The notes beneath the pieces were generated by a model. That model saw only the letters and a list, made by a program, of their open reading frames with translations, was not told where the DNA came from and did no database searches. This document shows, in pieces, positions 26,147 through 31,683 of a stretch of 32,189 bases of DNA. Each line of letters opens with the position of its first letter. Within the stretch, counting starts at the first letter, position 1. The stretch covers positions 1 through 32,189 of IMG/VR virus record IMGVR_UViG_3300033076_000047. The stretch is one strand, 5' to 3'. The DNA comes from a virus (Duplodnaviria; Caudoviricetes). A program made the position numbers and the translations under genes.

Positions 26147-26630
26147 TTTGAAAAATTCCATGTGTTTGATAAATTTTTGATGCTTTTATGTAAGCTTTTC
26201 CAGCATCTTCTGCATTTTTATGAGCGCCAAGATTTATTCTTTTTCCTTTTACAAATATTTGCGCTCTCCATGCTTTGTCTTTTTTATTCCACCAAACGCC
26301 TTTATATCCAGATTTGTTATCTCTATGAATCTTTTGGTTTTGTAGATTTTCAAATGCACAAACATCTCTTAAGTTTTCAATTCTGTTATCAGTTCTTATG
26401 CCATTTATGTGGTCAATCATTCCTTCTGGAAATTTTTTATATACATAAAACCATGCTAATCTATGAGCATAGTAAAGCTTACTATCAAAAGATAACGTCA
26501 AATATCCATTCTTTGTTTTTGAGCCTAAAACTTTTCCAGATTTAGAGCCTCTACAAGCTTTTGCTCTTGTGAAAACACCAGTTTCTTTGTTGTAAGAGAT
26601 TTTTTCTGTAAGTTGTAGATAGTCAATCAT
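26139..26630 (-). CDS. HNH homing endonuclease with AP2-like domain
   Basis: YAHRLAWFY....P...IDHING.R.DNRIENLR; NKSGYKGV...W.AQI...LG; GAGGTG RBS before ATG 26630; the longer ORF-track start lies within a structured leader. Confidence 0.9.
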   Translation of the reverse strand: MIDYLQLTEKISYNKETGVFTRAKACRGSKSGKVLGSKTKNGYLTLSFDSKLYYAHRLAWFYVYKKFPEGMIDHINGIRTDNRIENLRDVCAFENLQNQKIHRDNKSGYKGVWWNKKDKAWRAQIFVKGKRINLGAHKNAEDAGKAYIKASKIYQTHGIFQNA

Positions 26631-26632
26631 GT

Positions 26633-26720
26633 CGCACCTCGTTATTGGTGGAAGCGTTACTAAGAGAATGTGGCAGGGCGGTAACGAATCGCCTTTTCCC
26701 CCGCTAAAGGTAGCCACGCC
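26633..26720 (-). ncRNA. Candidate cis-regulatory three-way-junction RNA, copy A
   Basis: GTGGC-TA-[CCTT-TAGC-GGGG]-GAAAA-[GGCG-ATTCGTTAC-CGCC]-CT-GCCAC; loop complementary to GTAACG (26660-26655) and TAACGA (26644-26639, overlaps RBS); TAAAAT just upstream. Confidence 0.65.
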
Positions 26721-26726
26721 CATATT

Positions 26727-27131
26727 TTACTCAAAAGTGATGCCGTTTGTAGCGCCCCAAGCATAAAGCCATTCAATAAACTGGCTTCCTTGTTCTTGCG
26801 TAAAGTTTCTTGTTTGAAATCCAAGTTGAACGATGCCTGTATTGTCCAAGTTAGGAACAACTTTCCCACTACTTTGCCCAATCTCACGCATAAACTGATC
26901 TACTAAAAGGCGCTTAAAGTCTTCTGCTGACCATTTAGCACCCATGTGCTGCGCCTGTTTAGCAATCTGTCCAATCAATTCGTGATACAGCTTCTCGGTG
27001 TCACGGCTTTTGCTCTGCGCCTTAATCTCAAGGGTAAGTTTCTTGCCAGACTTCAACGATTCTTTGACTTTAGGCCAAAGACCGTTCATCAATGCTTGCG
27101 CTTGTTCGTAGCTGTCAAGGTCGTACTTCAT
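26727..27131 (-). CDS. ninB: NinB/Orf family recombination protein
   Basis: KSR...KLYH..IG.IA.Q, W..EDFKRL, VVP.LD..G.V.LG..T..F.......IEWLYAWGA.NGI.F. Confidence 0.8.
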   Translation of the reverse strand: MKYDLDSYEQAQALMNGLWPKVKESLKSGKKLTLEIKAQSKSRDTEKLYHELIGQIAKQAQHMGAKWSAEDFKRLLVDQFMREIGQSSGKVVPNLDNTGIVQLGFQTRNFTQEQGSQFIEWLYAWGATNGITFE

Positions 27132-27379
27132 TTGAGCCTATCAGCCACCAAAGTGCTATATCCCGCAACGTCATGCCAACTGTCAAAGTAATCAGGGTCG
27201 CCATTAAGAATTCGCGCAATCTTATGACAAATCATCTCCAGAGCCTCGCACTGGTCAGGCGCTAAGTTTTGATAGTCGTATTTCCAAAGGACTGCTTTTA
27301 GTTCTTGGCTAATTTTTGCGTGTTCTGCAAATTCACCATAAGTCTTTTGACGTTGTTTCAAAGTTTTTTCAATGTTCAT
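27128..27379 (-). CDS. DUF6378-like protein
   Basis: L.QR...YG.F, EALEMI.HKIARILNGDP...DSWHDVAGY..LV. Confidence 0.75.
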   Translation of the reverse strand: MNIEKTLKQRQKTYGEFAEHAKISQELKAVLWKYDYQNLAPDQCEALEMICHKIARILNGDPDYFDSWHDVAGYSTLVADRLK

Positions 27380-27639
27380 ATCACTCCAATCATTCTCAAA
27401 GCCTGTTCAGGGCCTTCAATTCGCTCTAACCTACCACCAACCCACTTTGCAAAAAAGTCTTGTTGTAGCTTCGTTAAAGCCTTTTTAGGCCCACTCTTTA
27501 CTTCAACCAAGTAAGTTACTCCACCATAGCCAACCAGTAAGTCCACTGGTAAACCAATAATCCAGACGTAAGCACCAGCAGCGCGTAAAGCACTAACGAT
27601 TTGCTCTTGTGTAGCATCAACACGGGCTGCGTATCTCAC
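27376..27639 (-). CDS. Small PD-(D/E)XK nuclease (VRR-NUC/resolvase-like)
   Basis: RVD..Q..IV.ALR..GA.V, PVDLLVGY.G...LVEVK, LT..Q..F...W.G; GTG start with GGAG RBS. Confidence 0.75.
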   Translation of the reverse strand: MRYAARVDATQEQIVSALRAAGAYVWIIGLPVDLLVGYGGVTYLVEVKSGPKKALTKLQQDFFAKWVGGRLERIEGPEQALRMIGVI

Positions 27640-27791
27640 TTAGTCTCCAAAGGTAATTCAACAACAGGCAAAGCCAACATATTCTCTTTAGCATACTCAA
27701 ACCCAAGGTCGTATGCGTTTGACATTGCTGTGATTGTGTTTTCATCGCATCCAACGCCTCTCAGCATTGCAATCATGTCATCTTTGCTCAT
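27636..27791 (-). CDS. Hypothetical protein (51 aa)
   Basis: Own translation MSKDDMIAMLRGVGCDENTITAMSNAYDLGFEYAKENMLALPVVELPLETK; coupled on both sides. Confidence 0.7.
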   Translation of the reverse strand: MSKDDMIAMLRGVGCDENTITAMSNAYDLGFEYAKENMLALPVVELPLETK

Positions 27792-27982
27792 GTGTTTTTT
27801 CCCTTAAGTTTGGCTTCTGTTCTTTCAACAAGACCACGATAGTCTTCGTACTCTGTGTTTTCCACAAGGTCGTTAATCTCAAACACGCTCAATCCTTCCC
27901 ATGTGCGCTGTGGTGGAGCATCCCAAGCGCCACAAACGCACTCAGCCGCACTATGCGCTGCACATTCACATTCTTTTGTCAT
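27788..27982 (-). CDS. Hypothetical protein (64 aa, Cys-rich N-terminus)
   Basis: CxC...CxC, W.GLS..EI, EAKLK.KN tail; GGAG RBS. Confidence 0.65.
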   Translation of the reverse strand: MTKECECAAHSAAECVCGAWDAPPQRTWEGLSVFEINDLVENTEYEDYRGLVERTEAKLKGKNT

Positions 27983-27985
27983 GTC

Positions 27986-28453
27986 TTACTCCTTAATGCC
28001 GTGGGCGGCTTGGATGGCTCGGAAAGCAGCATCTGCTAGTTCTGTTTCGCTATAAGCGCCAAGCACACATTCTTTTGCGAACACCAATAAAGGGTTCTGA
28101 TTGTTCAGCGGCTTGCGCTGTGGTGTGGTGATGTAGAGAGGAATGGTATGTTCGTCAGTACGTTCCCACACAAAACAATCTGTGCAAGTCTCGTCTTTGC
28201 GCATCCACGCCACAGGCTCCTGCTCTGGCTGTGCCACTCCTGTTTTGCACTCAGTCTCAACAGCGCACCATTGACACTTGCGCTCATGCTCATGGTTTGG
28301 CTGAAAGTCAGCAAAACACTTTGGCTTTAAGTCGCGCTTTGGCTGTGCCAAGGCTTCAATTAGCGCCGCGCACACGATGTATTCAGGCGAGTTGGGTGAG
28401 TGGATTTCTACGCCTTCACGCGCCAGCTTCAATGCTTCTTTGTGTGTTGTCAT
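27986..28453 (-). CDS. Eaa/DUF551-like mosaic accessory protein
   Basis: EALKLA, AQPEQEPVAW, PLY..P.RKPL, AAHGIKE modules. Confidence 0.65.
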   Translation of the reverse strand: MTTHKEALKLAREGVEIHSPNSPEYIVCAALIEALAQPKRDLKPKCFADFQPNHEHERKCQWCAVETECKTGVAQPEQEPVAWMRKDETCTDCFVWERTDEHTIPLYITTPQRKPLNNQNPLLVFAKECVLGAYSETELADAAFRAIQAAHGIKE

Positions 28454-28698
28454 TTTGTTTCCTTCAACTCAACTTTGCCGACCATGTATTCAAACTTGTG
28501 GCTTTTTGGGTTTTTCTTTTTTACTTCTGCTGCGGCTTCTTTTCGTGTTGCATAAGTTCCATGAATCTCAAAAGCCTTCATGGTTGCAGTGCCACGGCAT
28601 CCGTAACTGATTCGTGGATGCTTGCGAACAATCCAAATAACAGTAGGCTTTTCTGCCATTGCTCGTAAATAATCTTCTTGGCTCAGATAGATATTCAT
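28450..28698 (-). CDS. Hypothetical protein (82 aa)
   Basis: Start moved to ATG 28698 (TGATG coupling): MNIYLSQEDYLRAMAEK... Confidence 0.6.
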   Translation of the reverse strand: MNIYLSQEDYLRAMAEKPTVIWIVRKHPRISYGCRGTATMKAFEIHGTYATRKEAAAEVKKKNPKSHKFEYMVGKVELKETK

Positions 28699-28805
28699 CA
28701 CATAGGGCTTTCTGGCAGTTGTGCGCGTTGTTGTTGCGCGTATTCTTTGATTTGCTTGGCAGTCCAAGGTACTGCGCCTGTTGATGGTGGAAAGGGCCAG
28801 TTCAT
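28698..28805 (-). CDS. Tiny protein (35 aa) with WPFP N-terminus
   Basis: Own translation MNWPFPPSTGAVPWTAKQIKEYAQQQRAQLPESPM; ATGA and TGATG coupling at both ends. Confidence 0.65.
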   Translation of the reverse strand: MNWPFPPSTGAVPWTAKQIKEYAQQQRAQLPESPM

Positions 28806-28954
28806 AGCTTTTCCAATGCAAAGTCAATGGCGACCAATGCTTTTTCTTCAAGATCAAACTGGTCGCTCATAAAGTTGGTTTCTGTACTTTCTAAGGCTTT
28901 ACGAGCCAACTGCAAGGCTTCTTTAAGCTGTTCAATCAAGGCTTGTTCACTCAT
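28802..28954 (-). CDS. Hypothetical protein (50 aa)
   Basis: Own translation MSEQALIEQLKEALQLARKALESTETNFMSDQFDLEEKALVAIDFALEKL; GAGGTG RBS; ATGA coupling. Confidence 0.7.
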   Translation of the reverse strand: MSEQALIEQLKEALQLARKALESTETNFMSDQFDLEEKALVAIDFALEKL

Positions 28955-29139
28955 TTGGTCACCTCTGCGTCAACAATACGAATCAAAGCGGCAATCATGT
29001 CTTTGGCTTGCTCTTTAGTCAGACTAACGTGGCATCGAGCTGCTTCAGTCACCAAGCCAATCCAAACGTCACCATCGTACAAATCCACGTTAATGTGTCG
29101 GCGCTTGTGTATCGTTTCAATCTTTGTGTCGAGTTCCAT
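28951..29139 (-). CDS. Hypothetical protein (62 aa)
   Basis: ORF with AAGGA RBS, part of the coupled chain. Confidence 0.7.
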   Translation of the reverse strand: MELDTKIETIHKRRHINVDLYDGDVWIGLVTEAARCHVSLTKEQAKDMIAALIRIVDAEVTK

Positions 29140-29149
29140 ACCTATCCTT

Positions 29150-29323
29150 TCATTTACGTTCGTTAACTCGTTCTCTTACAGCTTCAACCAACCCCTTAAA
29201 CAGTCCAGATTGATCGTCTTCAAGTTCTTGCGCCCTTTGCTTGGCGTAAGGTATCCAGCCCTTCTGTAAAGCCATCTTCGTCAGATGCTCCACTTGTTGC
29301 TCGAATACTTGGTTGAAATCCAT
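29150..29323 (-). CDS. Hypothetical protein (57 aa)
   Basis: Own translation MDFNQVFEQQVEHLTKMALQKGWIPYAKQRAQELEDDQSGLFKGLVEAVRERVNERK; overlaps the 68-aa ORF by 104 nt. Confidence 0.6.
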   Translation of the reverse strand: MDFNQVFEQQVEHLTKMALQKGWIPYAKQRAQELEDDQSGLFKGLVEAVRERVNERK

Positions 29324-29426
29324 CTAAGTCGCCTGTCAGTTCAAGTGCTTTGTTGATTGTGTCTAGATTATAAGACAGATTATCCTTAACCTGGTCAAGA
29401 ATTTGATGTGCCTGTATGTAATTCAC
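29220..29426 (-). CDS. Hypothetical protein (68 aa)
   Basis: GTGA coupling; A.QILD.V.D......I.KAL.LTGDL motif. Confidence 0.6.
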   Translation of the reverse strand: MNYIQAHQILDQVKDNLSYNLDTINKALELTGDLDGFQPSIRATSGASDEDGFTEGLDTLRQAKGART

Positions 29427-29704
29427 AACGCTTCCTGTGCAAATTTCAACGCAACCTGGTTTACATAAATTCCAGCTTGATGCTTATCAATGATGCGTTT
29501 TGCCCATGCTCTTGGGTCGCCACGATACTTGTCAAGCTCTGGCATATAGGCTGGCGCTTGTCTGCAATAAGAATGAAAACACGGTCCGCACATTGAGCCA
29601 TATTTAATCAATGTGTCTTGTTGCGTCATGTTTGTGCATTGAGAACAAGGCTTCAAAGGGCTTGAAACGCTGTTGGCTACGTCTTTAGGTTTTGCGAAAG
29701 TCAT
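29423..29704 (-). CDS. Small Zn-finger protein downstream of the initiator
   Basis: CxxC...CxxC, DP.AWAKRI...........FA.EAL; ATGA-coupled to the replication gene. Confidence 0.7.
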   Translation of the reverse strand: MTFAKPKDVANSVSSPLKPCSQCTNMTQQDTLIKYGSMCGPCFHSYCRQAPAYMPELDKYRGDPRAWAKRIIDKHQAGIYVNQVALKFAQEAL

Positions 29705-30468
29705 TTTGTATATTTCCCATCAATGATTTTTTGAAAGTTTGTTGCGTTGACTACCCATTCAAGATCAGGTCGCCACGTTCGACCATTACTTTCAAATCCG
29801 TTAGCCAAAGTTGTGTCGTTAGCTATGTAGCCAAAAAATGAATCCCACCACCTTATACCGTCTTCTGTGGTCTTGTAGCCATCAGGAGAATAGGCCGATG
29901 GTTTGCCAGCTTGAATCCAACGCTGCTTCATGTTGGTTTGGCGCGAACCTTCCCATGACCTCGGCTGCGTCAGGTGTGGGAGATGCTTTCCCCAAAGCAA
30001 CAAAAGCTCTTTATGTGGACAGGGCGGGAAGGCACTTCCCGACAAAGAAGGTTTACCTTCTTTAATAATTGGTTCTTGGTTAGTGGTTAGTGGTTTATGG
30101 TTAGGTGGCGCTTCGTCTACGACCTGTTCACGGTTCGTGCGTTTTTCTTTACGCTTCGCTTCTCTTTCAGTAGCGATTCGTTTGTTTGTGTCTGCGTTCT
30201 TGTGATAGTGCAGCAGTTCCTCAAGAATCCTGTCTTGCACATAACACCCATCTTTATCAAGCACAAAAAACCTGCTTAAAACAAACTTAACAGCTTCAAC
30301 CTCTGCCTCGGTCGATGCCCAAGTCCATTCCAATGCTTGTTCTAAAGTTGGGAAAACTTCACGGTCGTAACACGAATCAATAAGAAGCGTGTACGCTCCG
30401 TGTTGAAGCATGGTCAGCCGACCAGCTTTTTTGGCGTAATCGCCAAGATTGCGTTTGTAGTAGTGCAT
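29701..30468 (-). CDS. Replication initiator-like protein, DUF1376/YdaU N-terminus
   Basis: MHYYKRNLGDY....L...HGAY.LL.D..Y..E; C-terminal W..DLEW.....NF.KII.G.Y; lambda O-like position. Confidence 0.8.
   Translation of the reverse strand: MHYYKRNLGDYAKKAGRLTMLQHGAYTLLIDSCYDREVFPTLEQALEWTWASTEAEVEAVKFVLSRFFVLDKDGCYVQDRILEELLHYHKNADTNKRIATEREAKRKEKRTNREQVVDEAPPNHKPLTTNQEPIIKEGKPSLSGSAFPPCPHKELLLLWGKHLPHLTQPRSWEGSRQTNMKQRWIQAGKPSAYSPDGYKTTEDGIRWWDSFFGYIANDTTLANGFESNGRTWRPDLEWVVNATNFQKIIDGKYTK
30070..30104. repeat. Five tandem 7-bp TGGTTNN repeats inside the initiator gene (candidate origin element)
   Basis: TGGTTCT-TGGTTAG-TGGTTAG-TGGTTTA-TGGTTAG next to AT-rich TTTAATAAT. Confidence 0.6.
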
Positions 30469-30470
30469 AA

Positions 30471-30567
30471 AGCCCGCTTTTTAACAGCCCCTTTGATGAA
30501 GAAACGGCGGCAGGAGAAGGGGTAACTCTTTTCGGTCTGCTCATGACTTCAGACCTAGCCGTGTTTC
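30471..30567 (-). ncRNA. Candidate cis-regulatory three-way-junction RNA, copy B
   Basis: CGGC-TA-[GGTCTG-N10-CAGACC]-GAAAA-[GAG-TTACCCCTT-CTC]-CT-GCCG with outer GAAAC/GTTTC; loop complementary to AAGGGG (30493-30488) and imperfectly to AAGCGGG at the RBS (30479-30473). Confidence 0.65.
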
Positions 30568-30572
30568 AAAAC

Positions 30573-30581
30573 ATTATATCA
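30573..30581 (-). promoter_or_regulatory. Extended -10 promoter for the replication leader
   Basis: Perfect TG-A-TATAAT, 5 nt before the first stem of RNA copy B. Confidence 0.7.
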
Positions 30582-30728
30582 GTTGAACCACAAGTAAAAC
30601 CCGTGAAGGATGCCGATTGGAAAAAAGATAGCGCCAGCCACCAAGAAACCCCAAAACCCTTGTGCAAAACAAGTGAAGATGTGAGTTAGCCAAGCAGCTA
30701 GCACAGAAAAGCCAATGATGTAGCCCAT
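30579..30728 (-). CDS. Small two-TM membrane protein (49 aa)
   Basis: Own translation MGYIIGFSVLAAWLTHIFTCFAQGFWGFLVAGAIFFPIGILHGFYLWFN; TGATG coupling; AAGGA RBS. Confidence 0.75.
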   Translation of the reverse strand: MGYIIGFSVLAAWLTHIFTCFAQGFWGFLVAGAIFFPIGILHGFYLWFN

Positions 30729-31033
30729 CAGGATTCCTTTATAAACAAACCTTCAGCGTTCATGTAGCCTCGGCGGTCTTTGATTTGTTCGTAGGCAGCC
30801 TCAAGGCAGTCTGTCAGATTCACATCCAGCAAAGCACAGACGTTAATCAGGCAAACCACCGTGTCGCCAATGGCATCAATCGCATCGACTTTGTTGTTAT
30901 CACGCAACGCATCAACCAGCTCGTTGATTTCCTCAACGGCTTTGATTGACTGAGCAAACGGAGTGCTGTTCGGAATGATCTTTCGAGCTTCTGACCAGCG
31001 AATGACTTTGAGTTCTGTTTCAGCGTAGCTCAT
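30728..31033 (-). CDS. MazG-like nucleotide pyrophosphohydrolase
   Basis: Q..K..EE..EL, DAIGD..V.LI, CL..AY..IKDR.G....G.F.KE. Confidence 0.85.
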   Translation of the reverse strand: MSYAETELKVIRWSEARKIIPNSTPFAQSIKAVEEINELVDALRDNNKVDAIDAIGDTVVCLINVCALLDVNLTDCLEAAYEQIKDRRGYMNAEGLFIKES

Positions 31034-31185
31034 CAGAAACAGCTCGTTGTGCAGGATTGACCGTTACCGATGCAAGTTGTTGTGCAAGTCACAGTCTTGC
31101 CGTTCATCATGTAGGTGTTGGTATACATCTGTGCATTGGCGCTAATTGCCAGCGTAGCCAAGATGATTGCTAGTGCTTTTTTCAT
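31033..31185 (-). CDS. Secreted Cys-rich peptide (50 aa)
   Basis: Own translation MKKALAIILATLAISANA-QMYTNTYMMNGKTVTCTTTCIGNGQSCTTSCF; Sec signal with A-x-A site; coupled to both neighbours. Confidence 0.75.
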   Translation of the reverse strand: MKKALAIILATLAISANAQMYTNTYMMNGKTVTCTTTCIGNGQSCTTSCF

Positions 31186-31352
31186 TTTTTGCCTTTCAGT
31201 AGTTCAGGGAAAAGAAGTTTGATTTGCCAGATGCGTGATTGTGGAATTTTGTTGTTCTCCTTCCACAGCCACACAGTGCCTCGTTTAACTCCAAGAATAC
31301 GCGCAAGCTCACTCTGTGAGCCAGCACGATTGATAAGATTATTGATGTCCAT
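31182..31352 (-). CDS. Cro-like HTH repressor
   Basis: AGSQSELARILGVKRGTV..W....IP..R..QI....PE; start ATG 31352 has no RBS (leaderless). Confidence 0.85.
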   Translation of the reverse strand: MDINNLINRAGSQSELARILGVKRGTVWLWKENNKIPQSRIWQIKLLFPELLKGKK

Positions 31353-31358
31353 TTCGTT

Positions 31359-31387
31359 AGTGTATAGAAAAATTGACATAAATACAA
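31359..31387 (-). promoter_or_regulatory. Sigma70-type promoter for the cro-like gene (leaderless transcript)
   Basis: TTGTAT-N17-TACACT-N6-ATG. Confidence 0.7.
31361..31378. promoter_or_regulatory. Operator-like imperfect palindrome 1
   Basis: TGTATAGAAAAATTGACA, overlapping the leftward promoter spacer and -10. Confidence 0.6.
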
Positions 31388-31412
31388 CACATCTAAAAAT
31401 ATTTTTGCTTTG

Positions 31413-31442
31413 TTGGATTTTGTCTAGAAAACTTGATATAGT
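31413..31442 (+). promoter_or_regulatory. Rightward promoter for the recombination arm
   Basis: TTGGAT-N18-TATAGT with extended TG (TGATATAGT). Confidence 0.6.
31421..31438. promoter_or_regulatory. Operator-like imperfect palindrome 2
   Basis: TGTCTAGAAAACTTGATA, 15/18 identical to site 1 and 60 bp away. Confidence 0.6.
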
Positions 31443-31487
31443 TCAGTCATCCCGTAGCGCAACGCAAGCGGTAACTTAGGAAATCAA

Positions 31488-31682
31488 ATGAAACTCAACG
31501 ACACAACCCGCACATTCCCACGCACTCTGGCTGAGGCGTTTCCTGACAATGTTGAAGACCAGCAACGTCTGCAACAAGGCGAATGGATGGAACAACACCA
31601 GCCAGACCATGAAAAGTATCTCAACATCGTTTATTCCTTTGCTGCTGGCTTTGTCGTGGCAATGATTGTTTTCGGGGGTTAA
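31488..31682 (+). CDS. Hypothetical protein with C-terminal TM helix
   Basis: 64 aa; TRTFPRTL.EAFP motif; AGGA RBS; first gene of the rightward arm. Confidence 0.7.
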   Translation: MKLNDTTRTFPRTLAEAFPDNVEDQQRLQQGEWMEQHQPDHEKYLNIVYSFAAGFVVAMIVFGG

Positions 31683-31683
31683 T

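Noticed and set aside
26631-26723. 31-aa N-terminal extension of the HNH ORF
   Set aside because: A good RBS precedes ATG 26630 and the extension coincides with the structured leader
28699-28857. N-terminal half of the 135-aa ORF
   Set aside because: Better explained by two coupled small ORFs in other frames and a TGATG start at 28698
30501-30567. Leader RNA as a hammerhead ribozyme or tRNA
   Set aside because: Has GAAA at a three-way junction but lacks the CUGANGA core; no cloverleaf or T-loop motif
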